From assembly GCA_028534125.1 (NCBI GenBank), contig CM052838.1, forward strand, positions 60,326,001 to 60,390,000: a stretch of 64,000 nucleotides of DNA, read 5' to 3'. This document shows, in pieces, positions 24,660-37,827 of this stretch (positions are counted from its first letter, which is position 1; each line of letters begins with the position of its first letter). The position numbers and the translations under genes are program-made. The DNA is from Lama glama (lineage: Eukaryota). Below the pieces are notes generated by a model, which made no database searches, was not told the DNA's origin, and saw nothing but the letters and a program-made list of their open reading frames with translations.

Positions 24660-24840
24660 TAGAAAAAGGACTGCAAGGATCTACACTAAACACTCAATGA
24701 TGGTATCTCTGGTGGTGGATGTCAGAGGAACTTCGCTTTCCGTGTTTTTACATTTCTGAACTGTAATTTTTTTACCTTCTGAACTTTAAATTTTTCACAT
24801 GTATGCATTGATTTTGTAACCAGAAGAAACAATAAATAAT
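24660..24840 (+). mobile_element. L1ME-like 3' end fragment
   Basis: aaaaggactgcaaggatctacactaaa...tggtatctctggtggtggat, then a T-rich tract and cagaagaaacaataaa. Confidence 0.6.
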
Positions 24841-24894
24841 GAATTTGGAAATTACTTAAGTTGATATACAAGTGTTTGCCCAGTTTCAACAAAA

Positions 24895-25070
24895 ACACTG
24901 CTATGTGCCATGAATTGAGAGCTAATATGCAATTATAACCTGATTGTGAGACAGATGTCATCTCATTTAACTCTCTATTATCAACCCACTTTACAGATGA
25001 AGAAACTGAGGCTCAGGGTCTACAGCCAGGTCTGCACCAAGTTCTGTCTTCTTCCAAAGGCCTTGCTCTC
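24895..25070 (-). mobile_element. MIR SINE
   Basis: atctcatttaactctc...cccactttacagatgaagaaactgaggctcag. Confidence 0.8.
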
Positions 25071-25984
25071 AGCCAGCCTGCTCCTCAGCCTCCTGACAGA
25101 CTTGAGGTCTCCTTTCCATCTGGTCCTTTTTAATCTGGCCACTGAAAGCAGGGGCCACACTAACCATAAATGATTCGGAGAACACAGGACTGGGTGGACA
25201 ATCTGCACATGTCTGGGTCATGACTGGTGACTTAACCTCCCACAGGCAAAGAGGAAGGTCAGTCCCTGGCCTCACCCAGCAGACTGTCTAGTGCAGGGAA
25301 AAGGCGCAGGCTAGCAGGAGCCCGGGGACGGGGCTTTGCTAGACATCAAACTGCAGAAAACACTGGTGTGTGTGTTTGTAGATGGGTATCCTACTGGGCA
25401 AATGCGGAGGTCTGGCCGTCTTCCATGCTGCCCCACACTGTGCCACCCCGGGACGTATCAGCACCAGAAGCCCAGGGTCACCTCTGCAAGGGTCCCAGGC
25501 CATAGAGCCCAGAACAGATGTCAGCCGGTCCCCTCCTGCCCACTGCCGCAACCCCAGCCCTATAATATGCTAACTGTGCTTCTCAAAGGCTGCTTTACAG
25601 GGGGTCAGCCCCCGCGCAAGCCTGTGAAATGCTGCATTCTCCTCCACCCACTCTGGGAGACGCAAGTGTGTTCAGGCTCCAAGAAGCTCCCCTTAATGAG
25701 GCCTGTTCAACTGTCTTGGAGCTTTGGAAACCTTCTGCACAAGCCCAGCAGAATCAGAGTCTACACAGCCCACCTCAGGAGACAGGCATGAAGGAGTTCG
25801 TGGGAGTGGGCCAGAGGCAGGGCTGCGGGGCAGGGAGGTAAAGGGCACAGGCAGGACTCCAGGCTGCATTCTTCACCTCCACCCACGCTCTCCGTCTCTG
25901 CCTAGAAAACCTCCAGCCTTCAGCCCCTGCTCCCTGTACCTCCCGAGTCTTTGCGGTGCCCTGGCTCAGACCACACTCCTAGCC

Positions 25985-26205
25985 AAACCGCCTGGGTTCA
26001 AATCCCATACCTGCCGGGTCTGGCTCTGTGGCCTGGGGCAAGTTATTAATCAAGTCCCTGCATCTCTGCAGTAACATGGCGTGACGATAACTATCTGTCT
26101 CATGGGGGTGACATGAGCATTAAGTGAGCTCAGACACGGGAGGCATTTAGAGTGGCGCCCAGCGCACAGCAAGTGTTGGAGAAGCGCCTGCAATTTCATT
26201 ATTGT
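25985..26205 (+). mobile_element. Near full-length MIR
   Basis: gcctgggttcaaatccca...tgtggcctggggcaagttatt...gagcattaagtgag...gcatttagagtggcgcccagcgcacagcaagtg. Confidence 0.8.
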
Positions 26206-27604
26206 CTCCCGGTCCCTCCCAGGGACCCCAGAATTCTCCTGGGACCTCAGTTTAGCATGTGCCTCATCCCGGCTAACAACTTACACGTCTGTCTCTCCCA
26301 GGCCAGGACTGGGGCTGATGCACACCCCCTAACCCCCAGGATCATGCATCCAATTGGAGCTCAGCTTAAGTTGCCAGGACTTAGACAATATGTACAGCCG
26401 GTGAAGCTAAAATTCTCCTTTGGAAAATTGTGACCCACCTTTCAACCCCCAAGCAGCAAAAAGTCTTCCTGCTCCTCGGCCGCAGATATCCTTCATGTCT
26501 GCGCAGGGGTGCCCGGGGTACGGCTGCCCCCGCGGACGAGGTGGGAAGGAGAGGACCCTCAGCGGGGCGGCTCGCTCTCCCCTCACCCCTCACTCCTGTC
26601 TCCCATCGCCAGCTTCTGAGCAGGGCCCACGCCGACAGCACTGGTGGAAGTGGCTCTTGGTTGTACTAAGAACTTTCCGACCACATTCCTGGGCCGCGGG
26701 CCGCGGCCTCCTGGCTCTGGTGCCTGCGGATTTCTCAGGCGTGGGGTGGCCTCAGGCCTGGGACAGGCCGGCCTCTGTTGACTGAGTCCGAGGTGGAGAG
26801 CAGGATAAAAACCACGGCCATCTGAGGCTTTTAAACGTCAGAGCCAACCATCCCACCCTTATTTTCACAATGCTGTTCCAAAACCACCTCGTCGGGCCAA
26901 GTTCTGTTACCACAAAGTTAATATCCTCTAGCAACTTCCGAGTTGGTTGTCCGCCGCGGGGGCTGGAACGCATCTGGCCAGCAGAGAGACCTCTGGATCC
27001 CCGGCCAGGGTGAACTCTCTAGGGGTTGGTCTTGAATGATGAGAACCCCCGGGGCCGCCCCTGCAGTTTGGGTCTGAGTTTTGTTCTACTGTCCTGGGTG
27101 GAACAGCCCTACCAAAATTCTTCGAGGCACAGGAGAAAATTAAGGGAGGAAGTGAAATCAGAAGGAAAGGAACACTCCTCGCTTTAGCCCACATTCTCCA
27201 AGGATGGCTATGCTGGGACTGGACACGCAATCCAGCAAACGCTTCCAGAGCAAGGCCGCTGGGAGAACACGGTTTCATTTTAAAAAGGCATCGTGCCTTT
27301 GTGCCCTGAGATACGCGGAGCAACTCCTGGCACCAGGGCCCCGGTGAGCCAGAACTCAGGCTCCGGCAGCTCCCGCCAGCACCTCCTCCTCATTTGCCAA
27401 TTGAGGAGCGCAGGAGAGCCGCAAAGGGGCCCAGGCTGGGCTCGGCAGAGCCTGAGACAATCAGGCAGGCCACATGACATCACCCCCACATTCCTGACCG
27501 CCAGGATCACGGTGCCCAGCCCTTTCTAGGACTTGCTCTCTGAGAAATCGCCAAATTCAAGTTGCTTTCCAAATGGAGAAACTGAGGCACGGGGCCATCT
27601 ATAT

Positions 27605-27779
27605 TAGGGGCTGGTAAAATTCTCTTAAAAGGCCCGACAGTAAACATTCTCAGCTTTGAGAACCACGTGTCTCTCTGGTAGCACGAAAGCAGCCGCAGGG
27701 AACAGTACACAAACAGGCAAGGCTGTGTGCCACTCAAGCTTTATTTGCAAAAAAGGCTAACAGTGGTTTCCCGACTCTG
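27605..27779 (-). mobile_element. MER58A-like hAT MITE
   Basis: aaaaggcccgacagtaaacattctcagctttg...gtagcacgaaagcagcc...ggctgtgtgccactcaagctttatttgcaaaaa; decayed 8-bp TSD atctatat/atatacat. Confidence 0.8.
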
Positions 27780-28884
27780 ATATACATGGTTTGAGGTGAT
27801 GGCTGTCACCACTCCTGGAAGACACTGGCCATAACTGCAGAGTTCCACTGAACCCCCAGGGGCCTCCTCAGCAGAGATCTAGTTAGAATATTGAATCTAT
27901 CATTATAAAACGGTAAGTAACATCCTATATAGAATTCAACAGACGCTGGGCCTTGGATCCCCCAAGGTCCTGCTCTGTGACAAGGGTGGCCTCTCCTGCC
28001 CCTCCCAGCACAGGCACAGGGCTGAGGGTCAGGGGAGGCCCAGGCAGAGAGGGGCTTGTGGCTCCTCTCTGTCCCACCTAAAACCACAGAGGAAGGAGAG
28101 AGGGGACCAGCGGACTAGAACGAAGGCAAGTCCAGCTGCCCTGGACGTCCAGCCTCCAAAGAGGCCCAACAAGAATTCCGCAACCTGGGGTGAGGCCCAC
28201 GCTGGGCCTGCGTTTTCCTTTTCCCTGCTGGCCAGCTCTGGGCCAAGCCTACACGGCAGGGTCTCTCTAGGGCCCGGGCAGTCGGGAAGGTCCGTGAAGG
28301 GAGGTGCCCTTCATTTCCTCCACTCCGGCCCCTCGTGCTGAGCCTCAGGCACTGCTTCAAAAGCCTGGGGCTCCTCATGCAGGTCCCTGGGCTTCATCAA
28401 GGCCACCATTAGTGCCCCCACTTAGGCACTTGCTCAGTGCCATGACTTCGATCTGAAGTTTCAGATTTCGGTAATAATCCAATTTTAGCCTACTTCATCC
28501 AGAATGGTGACAACTGTCACTTCAGACAGTCTAGACAGCTCCAACAGCTGGCAGAGCAGGGACCAGATCGGGCCTTCCTGGTGATGTTACATGAGATCCC
28601 AGCTGCCACCCCAAGACTGGGTACTGACCCCTGAGCCTAGCCACTTCTCTGTCCTCAGAGCCTTACGTGTCCAGGTCCGATCTATCCCACCAAGGACCCA
28701 CCATAGCCAAGGAGGGAAGACTCGCTCCTAGCCAATCCTCAGCTCCATGACCCCTGCCTCCACTGCCCCTGACCCCTGTGTGGACGCCTGAGATGATGGC
28801 ATGGGCCTGGCACCCCAAGGCCTGCCTTGGCCCCCTGACAAGGAGTAGAACAAGCCTGGACCTCAGAGCCCTGCCACACCCAGC

Positions 28885-28990
28885 CACATGAGCTTGGCTG
28901 CCACTCTGAACCTCAGTTTCTTCTTCTGCAAAATGGGAACAGCAATCCTCACTTTCCAGGATTGTAATAAAGACAACATGTAACTACACA
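28885..28990 (+). mobile_element. MIR fragment
   Basis: ctctgaacctcagtttcttcttctgcaaaatgggaacagcaat. Confidence 0.75.
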
Positions 28991-29224
28991 AACACAAGCC
29001 TTATCCCTGGTCCAGAGTGCAAGGGAGCATGGGGACACGCAGGCCCAGTGTAAGTGCACTGCCACACGTGGCAAGAGTCATCAATGTTATCATTTACATG
29101 TTGACCAAAGTTTCAAGGAGTGGGACCCAGGCCACATGAGGTGGAGGGCTCTGGCGAAGGGTTCTCAACATGAACCAAGCTGTCCTCATTTCTGAATAAA
29201 AGGGACAGTGTGGGCAGCAGGATG

Positions 29225-29263
29225 ACCAGGCAGGTGACCCAAACCAGGCAGGTGACCCAAACC
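29225..29263. repeat. Perfect 18-bp tandem duplication ACCAGGCAGGTGACCCAA x2
   Basis: Copies at 29225-29242 and 29243-29260. Confidence 0.95.
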
Positions 29264-31464
29264 CCATGGTCTCACTGCTCAGGAGTGTGGCCTCTGGCTT
29301 TCTTGGCTCTTAAGAGGGAAAAAAGAAGCCATTTCTGACTCAGTTCACTTCCTTAAAGGCAAACTTGGTCATCCTCTTTTTTCCTGATTAACTTCGCTGT
29401 CTGCTGAGGGAGAGGGACCGCTCACCTGAGGGGCCTCACAGGGGTCAAGTCAGCCAGCAGGCACCCCCGCCCAGTCTGCACCAAGCCGTAGACTCACAGG
29501 TCTGTAGGAACCAGGCAAGGAATTCCCTGAAGTCTCTGGGCCCAAGCGGTTCAGCCTGCATGGCTCCCAGCTCCGCCTTCTCCACCAAGGGCCACCAGAT
29601 ATAGGAACACAGCCTTCTCTCCCTGCCCTGGGGTGCTCCCTGCACCCCTGCCCCTAGCCAGACTCAGGTTCCAAACCCCACCATCCTGTTCATCCTGTCC
29701 TTGGCTCCCCACTGCACAGAATAAGGCCCCAGCTCTCCAGCTGGCTCTCAGGCCTGTCACGCTCCATCCCAGCCACGATCCAGCCAAACAGGTTAGCTTC
29801 TTGTCCTGGGATCATCTTTCTGCCATGTCTCTCCTCTCCACTCCAGCTGAGGCGCAGCCTGAGCTGTGGCTGGCGCACCATGCCCAGGCCCACCAGAGAG
29901 CTTCTCTGCACCCCCGCAAAGGGGCCGAGCCCTGCACACGTCAGGGAGAACCCACCACGTGCCCACGGTTCCTACGGCCAGACTCCTGGAACGCTCGGGC
30001 GAGGGCACCAAGTGTCAGTGCGTGTCTGTCCCGCCTTCATCTTCTTACTGAACCCCAGCAACGGCCACCGTGGATCCTACCTAACAGGTAAGGAGAACGA
30101 GGCTCAGAGGGCAGAGCTGCGAGTGCTGGTCACACTGCCCAGGTTTCCGTGTGACGATGTGTCCATGTTGCGGCCTCCAGAAGGCCAGAGCTGACGGTCC
30201 TGTCTACTGCTGCAGCCTGGGAGCCCACAGGGGCTGACACACAGCCGGTGCTTGGTAAGCGGTGGCCGAATGGAGGGACGAGTCCAGATCCTCGGAGGAC
30301 ATGACCACTCCATTGGCTTGGAGCTGGCGGCATTGACGCGGTGCTCCCACCTGACCCCTCTGTCACCTGCAAGCTCCTTAAAGGTAAGCACAGGGTCTCA
30401 CGCACGCTGGTCTCCCCCGCGGCCCCGGTTCAGGCAGCTGTACACAGCTGGTACTCAGTCAATACGTGCTGATTTGAACCAGCTCACAGCGTCGTTGCTG
30501 CCTGGAGTCTGAGGGCCTAGAAGTTTCCCGTGGTGGGCGGGGTTATGTTTGAAGTTCCCAGGCTGTTGCAGCTGTAGGCCCCACCTTCCTGTAAGCCTCT
30601 CCTGGCAGGGGGCACAAACTAGAACCACAAATAGAACTTTCCAGAAAAACTGTGGCTAGGAGGCTGCCATGCCCCAAGGACAGGACAGCTCTGGAACAAC
30701 ATTCTGCCTCGGCTGTTCCACACCTGCCCTGGCACTGCTCTGGGATCAAGCTCATTGCTCGAGTTCTGGGTGACGCGTGGCCCACCACCAAGGGCAGGGC
30801 CTAGAACGGGTCAGCTGTGCAGGGCCTGGCTCACGTGCTTGCTCGGGGAGCGTATGGATACAAGTGCACCACCCAGTCATCGAGTGCAGAAGTGGCCCAG
30901 GGCTTGTGGCACCACAAAGCCTATCTCGGCACCCCCACCCAGACACCGCGAGAAGAGCCAGCCTTGCTTCCTCGTTACACCCCAGCTACTGCCACCCCTC
31001 TCCCCCAGCCCTGCCCTGGCCACACACCAGGAACAGCAAGCAAAGTGGGGCTGAAGATGTCCAGTAACTTTAGTAGGAAAAGAACACCCTAGAGAAGAAA
31101 GTGGGCTCTCAGAATAAGGGCGACCCCTTCCCCTCCCCGACCACAGGGGTCACAGCAGGTGACCAGGATGTCCAGGTTCCGTGAGAGAGCTTCCAAACAG
31201 TCCATCACTCAGGCCTCCCAGGCTTGCTCTTCCCTGACGCTGGTCCTCGGGTAGAGAGAGCAAGCCCTGCGGAACCCGCACGTCAGAGCAAGGCCTCTCG
31301 CCAGTTCCTCCTTTACTGGCCGGCACTAGGGCCTCGCGCAGGACAGGGTCTGAGTAAGTGGCAGAGCCGAGCCACTCAAACCACGGCTGAGTCCTGGTCC
31401 CAGCCCTCATATCCACACCCCAGAGCCTCCCTACCTGCCTGCCTGCCTGTGCTGTGAGCTCCAG

Positions 31465-31925
31465 GGGCTGACAGCTCAGCCACTTAATGCAATGTGACCT
31501 TGGGCAAACACACTGTCCACTACAGGAGCCACCAGCCACGTGGAGCCACTAAGCACTGGAAATGAGGCCAGTCTAAACTGAGATGTGCTACAAATGTAAC
31601 ACATGCCCCGACCTTGGAAACTTCGTATAAAAAAGCACGTATCTCATTAATGATTGATTTCTTTTGATTGCATGTTGAAATGACAGTGTTAAATAAAAGA
31701 TATTATTAAATTAATTTCACCCGTTCCTTTTTTCTTTTTAATGTGGCTGCTAGAAAATTTAAATTTCTGTAGTTCACATCTGTTTCCACTGCATGACTCA
31801 GTCACCTCCTCTAAAATGGATACGATGCACGCACAGGGCTGTTTTGAGGAGAACGTTCAGATGAGTTCCTTCTGCAAATGTGCTGCCACCTCACTTGCCA
31901 ACAGTCAGCAGCCCCACAGCTGCTG
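31465..31925 (+). mobile_element. MIR split by MER33
   Basis: gccacttaatgcaatgtgaccttgggcaa before the MER33; ctcagtcacctcctctaaaatgg...agggctgttttgagga after it. Confidence 0.7.
31511..31793 (-). mobile_element. MER33 (hAT-Charlie) inserted in a MIR
   Basis: agccacgtggagccactaagcactggaaatgaggccagtctaaactgagatgtgct...tattattaaattaatttcacccgttcc...aatgtggctgctagaaaatttaaatt. Confidence 0.85.
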
Positions 31926-32159
31926 CCTCTCATGCCACCTGTGTGGTCAGAGGCCACCCCCTGAGCCCCCTGGGTCCCCAGGGCTGGGCAGGGCCACCTG
32001 AGGGTGGAGTAGGGGAGCGCCCGGCACTCCCCACCCTCTGCTCCAGCCTCCCAGCCCTTCCTCAGGCCTCCAGGCAGAGTGCTGCTTCCTTCACTGGGCT
32101 CTCCATCACGCTAAGAACAATGACTTCAAGGTCACAAATAACAATAAATCAAAAAAATC

Positions 32160-32345
32160 ATAATGACGATAATGGTGACAACATCCATCCCAGGGCCAAG
32201 GTTCCCCGAGGGCACACCGTGCGCCAGGCCTGACCCTGGTGCTCTCACAAGTTCAATACTCACATCATGCAGAAGAGGACACAGAGGCCCAGAGAGGGAC
32301 AGTGACTTGCCCAGTGCCACCCAGCTGGTGAGTGGTACACCAACA
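32160..32345 (-). mobile_element. MIR SINE
   Basis: cagaagaggacacagaggcccagagagggacagtgacttgcccagtgccacccagctggtgagtgg. Confidence 0.75.
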
Positions 32346-35300
32346 CTCCATGCCAGGCCCATCTGGCCCTGGAGCCCAGAGCCCTCCCAGGAGAGACCCA
32401 GGCCAGGCCCGCCTCTCCACTTCCTGCCGTCCTAGCTTTGGGGCAGACGCGGGCGCACGTATTTGCCCACAGCTTCCCCAGCTGCATCATGCTGAAGTTC
32501 TGGCGTCTCTGCTGAGTGACAACCTCACACCATTTCAGGTGCCATCTCCTTTCTCTTGCCAAATGAGGAAAGCTGCACAATCAGCCCACATCTGCTAAAA
32601 CGCCTGCCCCAAACACGCTGCGCTGGGCCGCTTCTGCCCAGGTGGCTTTGTCCCCACAGAAAAGGGTCTTTTCATCCACTGGCTCCCCGCCTGCATACTC
32701 GTTCCCATTTGTATTTGCCATCTATTCTCGGAAAATTCCACTGTGCAACACTGTTCCAGATTACAGTGAGACGGAACTTCTCTAGGTGGATTAGGCCTGC
32801 TTAAAGCTGGTCCCAGCTATCAAGGGGCTATGGGGAGGCTGTGCTTGCCCAGAGTTGGAAGCAGTTAGAAGCATCTGGATGACTGTACCACAGCACTGAG
32901 TCCCGGGCAAGATCCATCCTTCCACAGGGGACACATGATGCTCCAAGACAGAATGGGAGGACAAGAGAAGACGAGCCAGACGGCCCACGAGGGCCCTCCC
33001 CAGTCTCATTATCTCCCAGGGGTTCCCACATGAGAAAGAGGCAGACAAGAAGTCTGGGGTGATAGGGCGAGGAGAGCGCCTCATGTGAGCATGAGTACAG
33101 CCCTGGTCTGGCCGGGCCGCCTGCACAGCAGACCCTCAACGCCAACTTGCCCCTTATTTGTCAAGTCAGCCCAGTGAGGGCTTTGCTAGGGATCTTCCTG
33201 CCGGGACACACAGGCCCACTCCTCATGCCTCCTCCCCCGACGCCCAGGCGTGCCCATCATTTTGGAGGGATAGCAGGACTCCAGGAGGGGAAGGAGACGA
33301 GGGTCCAGGGGCTGCATCCAGAACAGTCTGGCTCGGGGTTAGGGGGGTGCGGCCAAGCCCTGGGCTTGGGCAAGTGCAGGACTGGCTGTGACCCCCTCTC
33401 CCACCTGCCAAGACGAGCCACTCACGATGAGGGGGGGTGGCAGGGGCCAGGGGTTTAGAGATCTTCCAGTAAATCACAAAAATGGGCATCAAAGGCTCTG
33501 GGTTGGGCACTAAGAGGATTACTCCAGATTGTGGACATGTCCATCTGCAGAATGTGACTGATACTTCCCGGGCACAGCCCCACGGCACAGCAGAGCAAAC
33601 TGCAGGGCTGCTCCGCCTTGTGCTCCAGCCGTATATGATGGAAGGACCTGGGACAGGACAGCCGGCCGCACTGCTCGGGCAGAGCTGAAGCAATCTCCAG
33701 GGAGGCCCTGGTGCCAAACCACGGGGCTCCTGTAAGCCCCCGGTGCCCTGGTTTACGAACCAGAAAACTCACAGCTCAAGAAATGCGAAGTCTGTCCAAG
33801 GGCTAGAAGGATGAGCCTGTTCAGGCAGTCTGATGTTAGAACTTCAAGGCTACTTCATCAGGGCAGGGTTTGGGCCCAGTGGGTACAATAAATAACATCT
33901 ATGCTTCCTGAGGCCATTCTGGTCAAAGCGGCCCGTGGTGAGAAGGCCACCGTCCCCGCCTCACCTCCAGGGAGCCTGACGCCTAGAGCCGGTCCCAGAC
34001 CCGCCTGGGCCCGTGGTTCACCAGCAGTGGCGAACTCACCCCAAAGGGGCCCTTCGGAGAGGCGGTGGCCCACGGGCTGTGGGCGCTGAAGAGTGGCCAG
34101 GGCTCCTGGCACCGCTCTGCCCCTGGGCAAGTGAGAGGCAGCTAACACTCAATTTTCTTCCTTGAAGAGGAGGGAGAGGGTTCCCCCCAGGTGGCTGAGG
34201 GACCACACACCTGAGGGAGGGCCCCTGAACAAGCAACCCCCGCCCCTGCCACAAGCACAGGCCAGAACAGTTAGGGGTTAGGACCCCGATTCCCACTGCT
34301 GCCCTCAGCCAGGCGGAGGCAGCTTCCAGCAGCAGCTGCCTCCGTGATACCTGGTGTTCACATCTCGGCTTCTTGGTTCTTCAGAAACCTGGTTAGCAAC
34401 TGTCCACACTGAACTCTCTGGACCTATGGGGTGGTTTCTGTCCCCTGCAGGGCCCCAGCTGATCCAGGGGGCCTGCCCCACTCTCCACGCACAGAGCTCT
34501 GGCAAGGGAACAGCTGCAGCCCCCCATGACCACCACCCACTCCATAAAGATTAAACGCATTACAGGACCTGCACTGTGTCAGGGGAGGGGCAGGGCCTGG
34601 TGGCCTTTAGTGACATATTACTGCTGTGAGCTCACTGCTGTGCCCACAAATGAAGCTTCTGGCGGTTGCATTATATTTTGGAACCAACTATTTCTTTTCC
34701 AAGACAGAAAAGAAAAGGCTACCCCTCCCTGTCCCCAGAAGGAATTACCCAAGGGCCCTACTATGCCAGACTTTCAAAGGAGGCACTGTTAGCCTTCTCG
34801 CCGTAAACAGGCAACTAACACCCACCCGAGTCCAGTCGAACCAAGCTCCTGCTGGCCTGGGGAGGCAGCAAAGGGCTTGCCCTCCTGCGTGGCGTTTGCT
34901 TTCTCTAGTTCTCGACTGTGGCCTGAAGCTGCAAGAAAGGGCGGTAACTCAGGATGGCTGATTCCGCAAAAATGTTATAGATAAATGGCTCCTGTCAACA
35001 GCGGACTCTATGTGATGCCACACTTAGGACAACGGAGACTTTTTGTAAAAGGCAAAACGAGCTTAATTTCACCCTGTGTGGGTGCCCAGGAAAGCCAGCA
35101 GTCTGCACGGGATAAAGGCACAGGCAGGTGCCCGGCATGTCGGCTCAGGGCCTGGCTCGTAATTAATCACACGTCCATCTCAGTGACCCCACTCTGTGCT
35201 TCCCTGTCTCCAATCCCCCTGAGGCTCTCTCAGACCCACAGGCTCACCAAGGGCCTGGAGCTCCTTCCCGGAGGCATCAGCCCGACATCCCCAATAAGGA

Positions 35301-36054
35301 AGCAGGAGTAAGATAGGGAACGCTGACATCCTCCCCGCCCCTTCCCCTGCAGCCTTCCAAGCTGGGCTGGGGTCACTGGGCTCTGTTAGGAGATTCACAG
35401 AGGCCACTGCAGGCCCCTCATTTTCTGGAGATGCTGCCTCAGCCGTTGTAAACAGACCAGACGCAGGACAGCTGAGATCAGATCCAGCATGACAAGCCTT
35501 CAAAGCTGTCAGAAAATCCTCCTGCGGCCCCAGCCCGCCCCGGCCTTCTCCAGCCGAGTCCAGAATGGGGGCCCAGGGTCAAGTGCAGAAGGACAGAGAA
35601 GCTTCAGCAAAGGAGTCGGACACATGGAGACGGGGGTGACGAGGAAGGTAGGAATGGAGTTTCCACGGGGTGGGAAAGGGCAGCCGGGGCTGGCAAAGCA
35701 CTCGTGTATAATAAGGGTTTGGAGGTGGGGCGGTTTCAAGGACACTTGTGAAAACAAGTCAGTCATGGTGACGAGCTACACTTCACTTCTATTGAGAAGG
35801 AGATCAGGAAGAAATACAGGTAAAGTGAGGGCTGCAGGCAAGAAAACAAGAGGGACTTACAATCAGCAAACTCTAAAAACAGGGTAGCTTAAAGAAAGTA
35901 ACCTTTGGAAGTTAGGGTGATGGATTCTCAGCCCAGGGAGGTCTGTGGCTGGGGTGACTTGGAAGCTAATTGACAAGATCAACTCATTGGCTGGGCCTAT
36001 TGGTCGCACCTCAAGAACGTCTGAGCCCCTAACAGGAAATCAATGTGTCCACTG

Positions 36055-36350
36055 CCCCGGCCCTGGTCTAGCTCACCGTCATGTCTGCCAACAGCCTCCC
36101 GCCTCCCCCAGACCCCTCAGTCCATGCTGCTCCCTGAAGCCTGAAGGAGCTCTGGGGGAAGGGGGTGCTGTCATTCCCCTGCTTAAAACTCTCTACTGCT
36201 GCCCCTCTGCACTGCGGATAAAAGATAAGCCTCTTCAGAGGACCTACCAAGAAGGCCCACTGTGCTCAGGCCCCCTGGCGCCCTCACCCACCCTGCTCCA
36301 GCCACGCTGGGGCTCTTCCCAGCCCCTTCCTGACTCTGACCTTTGCCGTC
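36055..36350 (+). mobile_element. L2 fragment
   Basis: tgtcattcccctgcttaaaactctctactgctgcccctctgcactgcggataaaa...ctccagccacgctgg. Confidence 0.7.
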
Positions 36351-36856
36351 CCCCACACCCACCCCACCCACACTCTAATAATTAGCTCAAATGGCTTATT
36401 TCTCTGGTCACATGATTCCAATGTGCTGTGAGAACATTCTGGAAACCTGGCCTCTTTTAAATGGTATCAGGGACCAGAGACGCCCAGCACACACAGCATC
36501 TAGGCAGGGCACTGACAGCCACACCAGGTTCCTGGTCATTCACTCTACCACCCAGTGCAAGACTTGGGCCAAGATGCTCTGAGCTGCTACAGGGAGCTGG
36601 AGGGCTCCCATCTGAGCAACTGGCTTATGCACGAAGCAGAGGCCCCTGCTCCAGAAAACCTCGTGTATCCCCAGAGCTTCATGGCCTCACATCTTCTCAA
36701 ACACCCTTCAGCTCAGAAAGGCTCTCAATTAAAGCATGGAAAATCACCAAGTGGCATTAAAAGCTGCCTCCCTGGCATGTCCCTAGTTGAACTCCTTCTA
36801 TTTTTCTTTTCCCTGGGAGATCAAAGCTATTGTGTCAACACTCGGCCCTGATCCGA

Positions 36857-37356
36857 NNNNNNNNNNNNNNNNNNNNNNNNNNNNNNNNNNNNNNNNNNNN
36901 NNNNNNNNNNNNNNNNNNNNNNNNNNNNNNNNNNNNNNNNNNNNNNNNNNNNNNNNNNNNNNNNNNNNNNNNNNNNNNNNNNNNNNNNNNNNNNNNNNNN
37001 NNNNNNNNNNNNNNNNNNNNNNNNNNNNNNNNNNNNNNNNNNNNNNNNNNNNNNNNNNNNNNNNNNNNNNNNNNNNNNNNNNNNNNNNNNNNNNNNNNNN
37101 NNNNNNNNNNNNNNNNNNNNNNNNNNNNNNNNNNNNNNNNNNNNNNNNNNNNNNNNNNNNNNNNNNNNNNNNNNNNNNNNNNNNNNNNNNNNNNNNNNNN
37201 NNNNNNNNNNNNNNNNNNNNNNNNNNNNNNNNNNNNNNNNNNNNNNNNNNNNNNNNNNNNNNNNNNNNNNNNNNNNNNNNNNNNNNNNNNNNNNNNNNNN
37301 NNNNNNNNNNNNNNNNNNNNNNNNNNNNNNNNNNNNNNNNNNNNNNNNNNNNNNNN
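36857..37356. other. Assembly gap, exactly 500 N
   Basis: Counted N run; the round length suggests an unsized scaffolding gap. Confidence 0.99.
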
Positions 37357-37654
37357 GCAGGCTGAGCAGAGCCACAGGGCAGGCCTCCTTTCCATTTTCA
37401 AAAGAAAAGGATGAGGCAAGAAGAGGAACCAACAAGAAGAAGTAAATGGCAAGGACAGAAAAGGGGGGCTAAATACAGAAGGAAAAGATGGACAAATAAA
37501 GAATAGGGGAGTCTTCAGAATGTCACCCTCGAGGCCCAGTTCTGCCTCTGGAGTCGCCCAGAATGAGCCCACGCCATCCCTCCCAATTCCTGTAGTTGTC
37601 ACAACAGCCAGTAACTGTCAGCTCTCGCCGGGCCAGTCTGTGCACTAGGTGAAG

Positions 37655-37827
37655 TGTGCACATGTGAGTGTGTGTGTAGATAAAGATACATACACATATC
37701 AACAGATATTACGGACACACACATTTATACACGCACATCCATATATAGATATACACGTACACATACATGCACACACACACGGACACATGAACGCATTTGC
37801 ACAACATATGCACACGCATGCACACAT
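37655..37827. repeat. Degenerate (CA/TA)n microsatellite inside a minus-strand MIR (about 37600-37920)
   Basis: Alternating purine-pyrimidine tract flanked by MIR halves (attcctcccaacagccctac...gcacagagatgttaagcagtttgcac). Confidence 0.8.

Noticed and set aside
36787-37602. Long ORFs full of X (also at 50342-50713)
   Set aside because: Artefacts of N gaps.
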